A DNA stretch of 43,357 nt from Nitrososphaeraceae archaeon. GTDB taxonomy: Archaea > Thermoproteota > Nitrososphaeria > Nitrososphaerales > Nitrososphaeraceae. The stretch lies in the NCBI GenBank assembly GCA_035639375.1, contig DASQYF010000008.1, positions 1 to 43,357 on the forward strand. Reading direction: 5' to 3'. Made by a program: the position numbers and the translations under genes. The notes beneath the pieces were generated by a model. The model saw only the letters and a program-made list of their open reading frames with translations. It did no database searches and was not told the DNA's origin. This document shows, piece after piece, positions 28,579 to 38,086 of the stretch (its first letter is position 1; each line of letters opens with the position of its first letter).

Positions 28579-29565
28579 TTAGTATAACATTAAACCATTG
28601 AAATCTATTTCGACAGGTATACATTCATAACCATTTTTTTTTATGGTTGAAATTATCTTCAACTTTTTCTCTTGCGGAACTAGTGCTAGCATAATTCCTC
28701 CGCCGCCAGAACCGGTAAGTTTTGCTCCTAATGCACCGTTCTCGATACAAACATTTACCAGATAATCAATTTTGTCATGAGATACTCCTATCTGCTGAAG
28801 CAATGTATGGTTTTCTCTCATCAATTTTCCAAGTTTTTTCTCATCACCTTTCTCAATAGCAGTAAAAGCATCTCTGGATATATTTTCTGCACGACAGGAT
28901 AAATTATTGAATAATGAATTATTTTCATCTTTGAATTTTTTTACTGAAGAGACTAAGGCTCCAGTTGAATGTTTGATTCCTGTATTTCCTATTATCAAAG
29001 ATAGACCCTTTCTACAATAGATTTTATTAAAACCCGTATTCTTACTATAATATATCAGACCTCCAAATGTGGAAATATAGCAATCAGCTCCTGAGGAATT
29101 ACCGTGAATTAGCCTCTCTGACTTAATTGCTTTGTCGCATACATATTGCTTATCTGGTTTATGAAACAATGACTCAACCGCAGCAACTGTGGCAACACAA
29201 GATGCAGCCGAGGATCCAAGACCAACGCCACTGGGAAATTCTGAATTTACAACTATGTCTAAACCTTGGATTTGATTTCTTTCTGAAAGTACGCTTCTAG
29301 CCGCCTCATAGAGAGGATATAAAATTGTCTCTGAATCCTTCCGTCCTTTGATTATGCTATTAAAATCTGATTCTTTATATGAGGCTTCAATGCCGAGGTC
29401 TGATTTAATATCGATGCTTTTTCTATCATTCAAATACGCGCCGACTTTAACACGCTTGGTCACAGATGCAAGGATTGCAGGTTTATTGTATACAACAAAA
29501 TGTTCTCCAAATAAAATAATCTTTGCCGGTGCAGATGTCTGCGCGAAGGATTTTTCCCAATTCAT
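28579..29565 (-). CDS. mvk: Mevalonate kinase
   Basis: APAKIILFGEHFVVY, GHMP motif GVGLGSSAA, and KLTGSGGGG. Confidence 0.93.
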   Translation of the reverse strand: MNWEKSFAQTSAPAKIILFGEHFVVYNKPAILASVTKRVKVGAYLNDRKSIDIKSDLGIEASYKESDFNSIIKGRKDSETILYPLYEAARSVLSERNQIQGLDIVVNSEFPSGVGLGSSAASCVATVAAVESLFHKPDKQYVCDKAIKSERLIHGNSSGADCYISTFGGLIYYSKNTGFNKIYCRKGLSLIIGNTGIKHSTGALVSSVKKFKDENNSLFNNLSCRAENISRDAFTAIEKGDEKKLGKLMRENHTLLQQIGVSHDKIDYLVNVCIENGALGAKLTGSGGGGIMLALVPQEKKLKIISTIKKNGYECIPVEIDFNGLMLY

Positions 29566-30410
29566 ACAAATACAATTGATGAATATCCTACTACTGTGTT
29601 GGTATCACCAATAATATCTCCACTTGTGGCATATTTTAGTAATTCGCCTTTAGTAGCGCCAAGATTTTTTGCTGCCGTCATTATTGAAGCAATTGCGCCA
29701 TAGCCACAGGCCGATACATTTTCTCTTTCCAGAGTTGTATAAAACTTTAAAATATCTAATGATAGGATAGCTTTTATTAGCTCCATATCTTTTCTGTGTG
29801 CCTCGCTGTTTGATTCATAGTGGGTAAAATCTGACGATGCAATAAGTAAGCTCTTTGCATTCACGATGGATTGTGCAATAGATCTACCAATATCCTCGGC
29901 AGTCTGTCTGTCTTGCATTATTAAGATGATCGGCACAATTCTGAATTTTTTTTTTATATATTGAACAAAGGGTAACTGGACTTCTAGGCAATGATCTTTA
30001 CTATGGGCAAAATCATCTTGATCAAGTATCTCTGAATTTTTAGAGATTACTAAGGACAACTCCTGATTAATTTCAACTTGGCCAAATGGTGTTTCCCATA
30101 GACCAGAACTCATGATAGCAGCTCCTGTTCCTATGCCGTAATGATTAGGCCCTACCATTACGACGTCATCAAATTCCATTGATGATACCTCATAAAATCC
30201 ATTAGCAGCAACTGCGCTTGAATAGAGATATCCAGCATGAGGTGAAACAATCCCATAGATTCTACGCTTTGAGCCAGAGGGCGGTAATTTGTTGGGTCCA
30301 AACCTCTGATCTTTAAAAGATCGTTCAATTGTCTGGTTGAGTTCAAAAGGATCTCTTGGATAAAAAATTCCTGCGACGGCAGGTCTACGTACTCTCGCCT
30401 TGCTGTTCAA
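29562..30410 (-). CDS. MEMO1-family protein (AmmeMemoRadiSam system protein B-like)
   Basis: GIVSPHAGYLYSS, VGPNHYG and DHCLEVQLPF. The TTG start overlaps the rps2 stop (TTGA), and the stop overlaps the mvk start. Confidence 0.88.
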   Translation of the reverse strand: MNSKARVRRPAVAGIFYPRDPFELNQTIERSFKDQRFGPNKLPPSGSKRRIYGIVSPHAGYLYSSAVAANGFYEVSSMEFDDVVMVGPNHYGIGTGAAIMSSGLWETPFGQVEINQELSLVISKNSEILDQDDFAHSKDHCLEVQLPFVQYIKKKFRIVPIILIMQDRQTAEDIGRSIAQSIVNAKSLLIASSDFTHYESNSEAHRKDMELIKAILSLDILKFYTTLERENVSACGYGAIASIMTAAKNLGATKGELLKYATSGDIIGDTNTVVGYSSIVFV

Positions 30411-31150
30411 GGTAATTCCTCGACCAATTTGGTTTCAAAGTCTTCTATAGACACTTTCATATCGCTATCTGACTTTATAGTGCCTTGTTTCTTTAAAACC
30501 TCTCTTGCGAGGAGCCAATAAACGGTAGCCAGAGCCTTTCGGCCTCTGTTATTTGCCGGGATTACTAGGTCTACTTTTGATGTCACATTGTCACTGTTAG
30601 AGATCGCAATGACTGGAACACCTGCTCTCGTAGCCTCTAAGACCGCTTGTTGGTCAGCCTGTGGATCAGTAACAATTACGATTTCAGGCTCCATGTATCT
30701 TGGTAAGGATGGATTTGTGAAAGTTCCTGGCATAAACCGTCCAAAAATACCGCTAGCACCCGTAAATTCACAGAACTTTTCGACAGGTGTTTTACCATAT
30801 TCACGGGCAGAAGTCACTGCAACTCTTGATATAGTCGAACGTCCAATAAATTTTGCCGCGACGTCAATCCTTGATAATGTTTTGCTAATGTCAAGGATGT
30901 ACAAACCTTCAGGGTTAGCACGCACAATAAATGGTGTCATATATTTAGTCTTAACTGGAGTACCAACACGAATACCTGTAGAAAGAATCATTTTCTCTAG
31001 ATTGTTGCTATCCTGGCTGTAATTCATATCTTCTTTGGATTCAGTAGGAGTTGATTCTTCAGATGTTAGATCGTCGGTAATCTGTTCCGATCCTTTGTCT
31101 TCAACTTCAGTTTCCACAGGTATATTCTGAATCTCCTTTTCATCACTCAT
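30407..31150 (-). CDS. rps2: 30S ribosomal protein uS2 with acidic N-terminal extension
   Basis: LSTGIRVGTPVKT..., VIVTDPQADQQAV.EA...GVPVIA, and NNRGRKALA. The ATG at 31150 lies 1 nt after the eno stop. The track's ATG at 31180 would overlap eno by 29 nt. Confidence 0.9.
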   Translation of the reverse strand: MSDEKEIQNIPVETEVEDKGSEQITDDLTSEESTPTESKEDMNYSQDSNNLEKMILSTGIRVGTPVKTKYMTPFIVRANPEGLYILDISKTLSRIDVAAKFIGRSTISRVAVTSAREYGKTPVEKFCEFTGASGIFGRFMPGTFTNPSLPRYMEPEIVIVTDPQADQQAVLEATRAGVPVIAISNSDNVTSKVDLVIPANNRGRKALATVYWLLAREVLKKQGTIKSDSDMKVSIEDFETKLVEELP

Positions 31151-31151
31151 G

Positions 31152-32399
31152 TTAAGTAGAGGACACTTCAGCCATACCATTTATTAAACCATACTCTGAT
31201 AGCCGTAAAAGTTCGTTTAGCTTTGAAACACGTTCTCCTCCTACAATGCCTGCCTTTAGCATCTTCGAACCGGTAGCGATTGCAATATGAGAAATATGTG
31301 AGTCAATCGACTCACCTGATCTGTGAGACGTTACAATTTTTATGTTATTATTATTGCATTCATTAGCAAAGTTCAGCGCGTCATGTAGACTTCCTGCCTG
31401 GTTCACTTTCAGAATTGCCGCATTACAGGTTCCATGCTTTATTGCTTCTCTTACACGTGCAGCATTAGTAACTAATATATCATCACCTGTGACTAGACAA
31501 TTTGGATTCTTTTTAGTGATAGTTGCCATACTCTTAAAATCTTCCTCATGAACAGGATCTTCTACATATATGAGTTTATATGTGCTAATTAGGTAATTAG
31601 CAAACTCTATTTGTTCTTGGGTATCACGTAATATTCCCTGTCTACGATAATCATAAACTTGTTTATTTTCGTTCCACATTGAAGAACTAGCAAAGTCGAT
31701 TCCTAACGCCATGTCTTTGCCTATGGTAAAACCACAATTTTTAACAGCCTTTTCGACAATCTCTATTGCTTGGTCGTTATTAAGATTAGGCGCCCATGCA
31801 CCCTCATCTCCACGACCATTTGTAAATCGTTTGTCAATGGATTCGATAACTTTACCTACTTGTGCATGGAGTTTAAAGTTCATTTCAAGAGCCTCCATTA
31901 TATTTCTAGCACCTAATGGACAAGCTAGAATCTCTTGAATATCAGGAGTGCCGGGGCCAGCATGAGCACCACCGCCTAAAACGTTCCCTAATGGATAAGG
32001 GAATTTATAGAGTTTTCTTGCATTTAATAATTTGAATAATGGTATATCCAGTGCTTTTGCTGCTGAATCAACAGATGCAATGCTCAAAGCATATGCAACC
32101 GCGCCCCCAATTTTAAGATATGACCTACTATTGTCAATTGATTTTATAATGTCAAAAATTGCCTTTGGATCCTGCGCCTCTATACCAATGAACTTCTTTA
32201 TATTTTCATTGAATATTTCCAGTGATTTTTCGGGCCTGTTGTCAGAAAAACTTTGTGCTTCCAATTTTCCAACACTAGCGCCTGAAGGAGCGCATGCTCT
32301 CCCAAAGAATTTATTGTCAGTGGTAACGTCGATCTCTATGGTCTTGCTTCCTCTACTATTAAAAATGATCCTGCCTTTAACCTCTGAGATTAATGGCAT
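31152..32399 (-). CDS. eno: Enolase
   Basis: SRGSKTIEIDV, GGAHAG, VEDPVHEEDF, ILKVNQAGSL and SHRSGESID. Confidence 0.96.
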   Translation of the reverse strand: MPLISEVKGRIIFNSRGSKTIEIDVTTDNKFFGRACAPSGASVGKLEAQSFSDNRPEKSLEIFNENIKKFIGIEAQDPKAIFDIIKSIDNSRSYLKIGGAVAYALSIASVDSAAKALDIPLFKLLNARKLYKFPYPLGNVLGGGAHAGPGTPDIQEILACPLGARNIMEALEMNFKLHAQVGKVIESIDKRFTNGRGDEGAWAPNLNNDQAIEIVEKAVKNCGFTIGKDMALGIDFASSSMWNENKQVYDYRRQGILRDTQEQIEFANYLISTYKLIYVEDPVHEEDFKSMATITKKNPNCLVTGDDILVTNAARVREAIKHGTCNAAILKVNQAGSLHDALNFANECNNNNIKIVTSHRSGESIDSHISHIAIATGSKMLKAGIVGGERVSKLNELLRLSEYGLINGMAEVSST

Positions 32400-32405
32400 T
32401 TTGTT

Positions 32406-32693
32406 TTATTCTATTTCTGATTTGATCTCTGACATTCTTCTTCTTAACGCCTCGTAATAAGGTATTACCTGATATATTGTTTCGACACTGGAAACAAACA
32501 TTCGTCTACAACAATAACGTTTCACATTTAAAGAATCCATAACCTTTGCAGGATCTTCTCCCGTTTGTACTCTGTTTAAATATTCAGCATATTTATCTGC
32601 AACTAGATTCCCACAGGTAAAACAGCGTATGGGTACTAACACATCTTTGTATTCTTCTAAAGGCTTATAAAAACCATTATCGTACATTATCAA
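32406..32693 (-). CDS. rpoN: DNA-directed RNA polymerase subunit N (Rpo10/RpoN)
   Basis: PIRCFTCG...KRYCCRRM is the signature. The ATG ORF gives 95 aa, which is long. An in-frame GTG at 32642 would give the canonical (M)LVPIRCFTCG N-terminus. Confidence 0.9.
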   Translation of the reverse strand: MIMYDNGFYKPLEEYKDVLVPIRCFTCGNLVADKYAEYLNRVQTGEDPAKVMDSLNVKRYCCRRMFVSSVETIYQVIPYYEALRRRMSEIKSEIE

Positions 32694-32828
32694 TTATAAT
32701 TAAATGCATGGCATTTTATTATTCAATATAATTTTTTTCCGTGACATTGCCTGAAATTTATTATCCTTATTTAGGCTCGTAAAATAGGTAATATTCAAAT
32801 TAGCGGTGTAAAACATTTTATAGCAAGA

Positions 32829-32913
32829 GCGGGAGTCGCCCAGCTTGGCCAAAGGCGTAAGACTGAGGCTCTTATCCCTCAGGGGTTCGTGGGTTCAAAT
32901 CCCATCTCCCGCA
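32829..32913 (+). tRNA. tRNA-Leu (anticodon GAG), class II with long variable arm
   Basis: GCGGGAG...CTCCCGC+A forms a perfect 7-bp acceptor stem. Anticodon stem is TAAGA/TCTTA with loop CTGAGGC. Variable arm is CCCTCAGGGG. T-arm is GTGGG/TTCAAAT/CCCAT. Confidence 0.93.
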
Positions 32914-33306
32914 TTTCTGAAGACTCAATAAAAGAACTCTAAATTTTCATCTGCCCTATACAGATAATAGATTTGAATTTTATAAGGTGAATATTATGGT
33001 GATCTGTCAATCGTATTCTTTAATATTTTGTAATAAGGCAATACTTTCAACTAGAAAAAATAAAAACAAGTATGCATGCTATAAAACACTAAAAATATGC
33101 ATAATTATTTTGTGATTTGAAACAAGAGATTAATCAGCAGTGGACGGAATGAATAGGAGGAGTTATGAATCAAAAAAGGTTTCTTATGTTTAATATTAAT
33201 AATTTTCAGCCAATATAGACAGATGTCGATTAAGATTATTCTATATAGTTAAGTATGAAGATAAGATCACATTCTTTCAATCAATCAATTAATCAATCAA
33301 CGTGTT

Positions 33307-33789
33307 TTATCTTCTAAAGGAATCAATTACTTCCTGACTGTGACCTACTGGTTTTACCTTAGAGAAAATTTTAATAATTTTTCCATTTATGTCAATTAGG
33401 AAAGTAGATCTGTTAACACCCATATACTCCTTACCCATAAAAGTCTTAGGTCCATAAACCCCATATTTTTTGGAAGTTTCATTTTGAGTGTCAGAAGAAA
33501 GTAGATAGGGAATATTCAGTTTTTGCCTAAACTTTCTATGTGATTCATCGGTGTCCGGGCTAATGCCTATGATCTCAATGTTAGCTTCTTTTATCTTCTT
33601 ATAATCTCTTGTGAATTCTGTTGCCTCTGTGGTGCAACCAGGCGTAAAATCCTTTGGATAAAAATAAACTACAACATTCTTTTTTTTACGAAAATCAGAC
33701 AGCTTGAAACTATGACCATTAGAATCTAACGAAGTAAAATCTGGAGCTATATTTCCCTCCGTAAGCTGCTCAATATGATCTTTATCCAT
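33307..33789 (-). CDS. bcp: Peroxiredoxin, Bcp/PrxQ type
   Basis: VVVYFYPKDFTPGCTTE contains the peroxidatic Cys motif. 160 aa. Confidence 0.93.
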   Translation of the reverse strand: MDKDHIEQLTEGNIAPDFTSLDSNGHSFKLSDFRKKKNVVVYFYPKDFTPGCTTEATEFTRDYKKIKEANIEIIGISPDTDESHRKFRQKLNIPYLLSSDTQNETSKKYGVYGPKTFMGKEYMGVNRSTFLIDINGKIIKIFSKVKPVGHSQEVIDSFRR

Positions 33790-33917
33790 ATTAACCAGAT
33801 AACAGTATTGATAGAAAAACTTTTGACTTGAGCTCTTGTCGACGGTGATATAAATAGATAGAAATAATATTATCGACTATTAATAATTCCATAAAATCAC
33901 TAATCATCGCTATCCAT

Positions 33918-34934
33918 CTACCCAAACACAAATGTGTAAAATTTAAAATTCTCGGATCGAGGAATTATCTCTATTTCATGTATTTCGGGCTTTTGTGTGC
34001 TTATCAAATTATGCATGAATGACCATTTCACCTCTACAAGACTGATGCCGTTTTTCATTCTTACATCTTTTCCAATATACTTTTCTGTCAAATAGTTGCC
34101 ATCGAGTTTAACTTCCACCTTTCCAACCTTACCGTCTGAAGTTCCGATAATGCCATGTACGCGTTTTGCATTGTCATATTTTATTATTATTGCCGGGTCC
34201 TTCTGTTTACCATCTGAACAAAACCGTACACTCTCACGCTCCCATATCCACTTACCGCGCAAATAAACTAAATTATAGTCATGAGATCCACTATCCATAA
34301 CCATATTTGGTTCATCGGCCTTCATGGTTTGGTTGTTTCCAAATCTTCTAAGCCTTGAATAACCAACACAGATCTCCGGTGCGATCCCGTGATAGTGCAT
34401 TCCATAAGTATTAAAAATCTCGTCAGTTGGATTTTCACTGTCTCTATATTCAGCTGGTTTCTGGCCAGCCTCTTCTAATAATTCTACTACTGCATCTTCA
34501 AAATCTTGTATCTCTCCATATCCTGCATGCTCATAACGGATAAAGCCATTATGATCAATTAAAATGTGCTTTGGCCAATACATATTACCGTATGCTTGCC
34601 ATATTCTATTATCGGTATCAAATGCAACTGGAATATTGTTTATGTTATAGCGCATTAGTGCTCTTTGTATGTTCGATGCATCTTTAGCAAAATCATATTC
34701 CGCGGAATGCGCTTGGATTACTTGAAATCGATTCTTAGCATATTTTTGCTGTAAACGTTTCATTATGGGAATAGTACGCAAACAAAAGATACAAGTATAT
34801 GTCCAGCAGTCTAGGAGGATAACTTTTCCCTTCAATCCTTTCATCGAAACTGGTTCTGAGTTTGCCCAAATTGAAATATCTTTAAATTCAGGTGCGGGTA
34901 TGGCAGGGATAAGATTCAATTTATCATGCCTCAT
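33918..34934 (-). CDS. Thioredoxin-fold protein with C-terminal beta-sandwich domain (DipZ C-terminal-like)
   Basis: VILLDCWTYTCIFCLRTIP is the CxxC redox motif. Also AHSAEYDFAKD and YWPKHILIDHNGFIRYEHAGYG, as in the TlpA-like/DipZ-C family. About 160 extra C-terminal residues. Confidence 0.85.
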   Translation of the reverse strand: MRHDKLNLIPAIPAPEFKDISIWANSEPVSMKGLKGKVILLDCWTYTCIFCLRTIPIMKRLQQKYAKNRFQVIQAHSAEYDFAKDASNIQRALMRYNINNIPVAFDTDNRIWQAYGNMYWPKHILIDHNGFIRYEHAGYGEIQDFEDAVVELLEEAGQKPAEYRDSENPTDEIFNTYGMHYHGIAPEICVGYSRLRRFGNNQTMKADEPNMVMDSGSHDYNLVYLRGKWIWERESVRFCSDGKQKDPAIIIKYDNAKRVHGIIGTSDGKVGKVEVKLDGNYLTEKYIGKDVRMKNGISLVEVKWSFMHNLISTQKPEIHEIEIIPRSENFKFYTFVFG

Positions 34935-35342
34935 ATGAATAAGAGTATTTCATGACAAATAATAGAAGCACAAAATAATATAGTCTAACGATATTCATTC
35001 TCAGAACAGCTTTGTAGGAGTAATTGATTGAATTATCATTTCTCATTGTTCATATCGTATACTAAGATGTACTATAATAATGTGCAAATTTTTCTTCTGT
35101 TTTATAAAAATATCATAGTGGAGTAGTTCTAATGCTTTAGCCTCTCATTTAATAAACCCATCTTATAAAGGGATTAAAAGTAATCCTTATTTATTGATTC
35201 TCAAGTATCTAATAAATTCTGATGCAATTTTCTTTCTGCACTTTATATATTTGTATTGAGTGGAATGGACTTTAGACTCTATATTGGCTAGGCTATTAGA
35301 TAAACATAATTGAGAGGAGTTAATCATTTGCTTTTATTCATA

Positions 35343-36752
35343 ATGACAAATTTATTAGTAATTGATGACTTATTTTCTCTCATTTCCAAAGCTAGGAATA
35401 CAAAATATGTTGAGGTTCGTTATCAATCTAGAACTACAAATGAAGTGAATTTCAGTAATGGTGAACTTGAACGCATTCGCAGCATTGAAAATTCTGGCTG
35501 TGGTATTCGAGTCCTTGTAGATGGTTGCTGGGGTTTTAGCAGTACGAATCTTCTTTCAAAGGATGGATTGAATGACTCTCTTTATGAAGCAATTTCAGTA
35601 GCAAAACTCCTTGCTGGAACGAAAAAAAATAAAGTTGAAGGACTTGCATCATCAAAGCTCGCTAAAGGTCTCTTTAAAACAAATATTCGAGGTGATCTTT
35701 CTAGCATTGATATTGAAAATAAAGTAAGAATTACAAAAGAGGCTGAAGAGCAGGCTCGAAAATATTCTCCAGTAATAAAATTTGCTTCTTGTGTCTATCG
35801 TGAAATGTTGGACCATAAATTAATAGTTAATAGTGATGGGGCAGAAGTAGAAATATATGATTCTAAACCAGAATTTAATGTAACAACAGTCGCACGCAAA
35901 GAAAATGAAAGCGTAACTACCTCAGAAGGAATTGGAATAACAGGTGGCTGGCAGGATTTGTTTTCTGAAAAAGATCATATTGATTATGCTAATCTAGCAT
36001 CAGAAAAGGCAACAAAGCTACTCGAAGCAAAACGCGTTACCGGCGAAAGGACAACGATAATATTAGATCCAGGAATGGTAGGATTAATTTCACATGAGGC
36101 TATAGGTCACATGGTAGAGGCTGATTTTGTTCTTTCTGGCTCAATAGTAAAAGATAAAATCGGAACAAAAGTTGCAAGCAATCTCATTACCATGGTAGAT
36201 AGTGGTCTACCAGATATTGGTTCAAATGCCGCAGGAACTCTCATAGTTGATGATGAAGGTGTTATCGCGCGAAGAAGCGTTATTATCCAAGACGGTATAC
36301 TTAAGTCTTTTTTACATAACCGTGAAACTGCATTGATGTTCGATGCTCAACCTACTGGCAATGCACGTGCCTTTGAATATGATGATGATCTGCTTATTAG
36401 GATGAGAAATACATTCATTGAACCTGGATATGACAAACTTGATGATATGATAAAGGAAACAAAACATGGCTATTTAATAAAAGGCGCTAGAAATGGTCAG
36501 GCTGATGCTAATGGGGAGTTTATGTTTGGATCTCAAGAAGTATACTTAATTGAAAGGGGTGAACTAAAGGAACTTCTAAGAGGCACTAGTGTTTCAGGCA
36601 GCGCTTTTGACGTGTTACAGTCTGTTGACATGGTGGGAAAGGATTTCAAATTCGACATTGGAACAGGGTACTGTGGTAAATTTCAACCAGCAAAAGTTGA
36701 TGGTGGTGGACCGCATATCAGATGCAATGCAATTATCGGAGGTCTGCAGTAG
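35343..36752 (+). CDS. tldD: TldD-family metalloprotease
   Basis: HEAIGHMVEAD is the HExxxH motif characteristic of TldD. GNARA, and C-terminal GYCGK..Q...DGGGP. ATG at 35343 is preferred over the track's TTG at 35310. Confidence 0.9.
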   Translation: MTNLLVIDDLFSLISKARNTKYVEVRYQSRTTNEVNFSNGELERIRSIENSGCGIRVLVDGCWGFSSTNLLSKDGLNDSLYEAISVAKLLAGTKKNKVEGLASSKLAKGLFKTNIRGDLSSIDIENKVRITKEAEEQARKYSPVIKFASCVYREMLDHKLIVNSDGAEVEIYDSKPEFNVTTVARKENESVTTSEGIGITGGWQDLFSEKDHIDYANLASEKATKLLEAKRVTGERTTIILDPGMVGLISHEAIGHMVEADFVLSGSIVKDKIGTKVASNLITMVDSGLPDIGSNAAGTLIVDDEGVIARRSVIIQDGILKSFLHNRETALMFDAQPTGNARAFEYDDDLLIRMRNTFIEPGYDKLDDMIKETKHGYLIKGARNGQADANGEFMFGSQEVYLIERGELKELLRGTSVSGSAFDVLQSVDMVGKDFKFDIGTGYCGKFQPAKVDGGGPHIRCNAIIGGLQ

Positions 36753-38086
36753 GAAAGTTGGAAGATATTTGTAGTTTTGTATTGAGCGAGGCAGAAAAAA
36801 AGGGAGCTGATTATTGTGAATCTTATGGAGTCAGCAATAAAGAATCAGAAGTCTTTATTGAAAATAACGATGTGAAACAGTCCAAGTCCCACAAGACAGA
36901 TGGATTGGGAATCAGAGTGTTTGTAAATGGTTCATTAGGCTTTTCGTCTACAAATATATTAGAAAAGGAACACATCAGGGATGCGGTTACAAAGGCTATT
37001 AAACTTGCTAGAGTGAGTCCACCGGATAAATTCAACTCGATGCCTTATTCACGAACAGTAAAATTGCTAAATGGTATCTATGATAGAAAATCGGAATCTT
37101 TCACAGCATCGGATGCAGTAAAACTGGCTGCCGACATGTTAGATGCTGCAAAATCCTATGACAAGAGAGTGAGTGTCGACAGCGGTAATTTTACAAGTTC
37201 TGTGATGACCCATGCTTTGTTGAACTCCAATGGAATAAGAACAAAAGAAACCATCAGTGCATTTTCGTGGTTTATTATGGGAATGGCAATAGAAGGGAGT
37301 GAGGTATCTAATTTTGATTTTCAATTTGGAGGCACTCACAATGTCAAAGATATTGATGTGTATTCAACAAGTAGAGAATTCTCTAAGTCAGTTATAGATT
37401 CTTTGGGTTCGAAAAAGATCGAGAGCTTCAAAGGAGAAATGCTCCTTACTCCCTCAGCAGTAACTGAACTGATACAGGATGTACTAGCTTATTCTATTAA
37501 TTCACAGACAGTACAGAAGGAAGCAAGTAAATTCGAAGGACAGCTTGGCAAATCAGTCTCTTCTGATTTACTAACTCTTATAGATGATGCTACTGATATC
37601 AACGGCTTAGGAGCGTCAAGTTTTGATAGAGAGGGTGTGCCTCATCAGTGTAACATAATAATAGAAAAAGGGATTTTGAAGAAATTTCTTTACAATACTT
37701 ATACAGCTAATAAGGGTGATACAAAAAGTACGGGCAATGCAGGCGGTTCTCCTAAAACTCCACCTATAGTATCTACAACTAATGTTATAATAAAAGCAGG
37801 TAAGACAAGAGCAGACAATCTGATATCTGAGATAGACAAAGGCATCATAATAAACAGATTTTCTGGAAATGTGAATCCTGTAAATGGTGATTTTTCCGGC
37901 GTCGTTAAAGGTGGACAATACATAGAGAAGGGAAATATAGAATATGCTGTAAAGGAACTAATGGTAGCAGGAAATGTATTTGATGCATTAAATGATCTTA
38001 CTGGTATCTCAAAAGAACAAAAGGTCCTATCAGATTCTATTCTTCCTTATATGCGATTTGACAATGTTTCATTTACTGCAGGATGA
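36722..38086 (+). CDS. pmbA: PmbA/TldE-family protein (TldD partner)
   Basis: Same fold family without HExxxH. Motifs: GIRVFVNGSLGFSSTN, GASSFDREGVP, TGNAGG and NPVNGDFSGVVKGG. The start is either the ATG at 36722 (31-nt overlap with tldD) or the TTG at 36758 (preceded by GGAGG). Confidence 0.85.
   Translation: MQCNYRRSAVGKLEDICSFVLSEAEKKGADYCESYGVSNKESEVFIENNDVKQSKSHKTDGLGIRVFVNGSLGFSSTNILEKEHIRDAVTKAIKLARVSPPDKFNSMPYSRTVKLLNGIYDRKSESFTASDAVKLAADMLDAAKSYDKRVSVDSGNFTSSVMTHALLNSNGIRTKETISAFSWFIMGMAIEGSEVSNFDFQFGGTHNVKDIDVYSTSREFSKSVIDSLGSKKIESFKGEMLLTPSAVTELIQDVLAYSINSQTVQKEASKFEGQLGKSVSSDLLTLIDDATDINGLGASSFDREGVPHQCNIIIEKGILKKFLYNTYTANKGDTKSTGNAGGSPKTPPIVSTTNVIIKAGKTRADNLISEIDKGIIINRFSGNVNPVNGDFSGVVKGGQYIEKGNIEYAVKELMVAGNVFDALNDLTGISKEQKVLSDSILPYMRFDNVSFTAG

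Noticed and set aside
32914-33306. Possibility that the tRNA genes (tRNA-Leu 32829-32913; tRNA-Ala 19297-19370) mark integrated elements.
   Set aside because: I found no duplicated tRNA 3'-end (att) sequence nearby and no integrase. The flanking genes are ordinary housekeeping genes.
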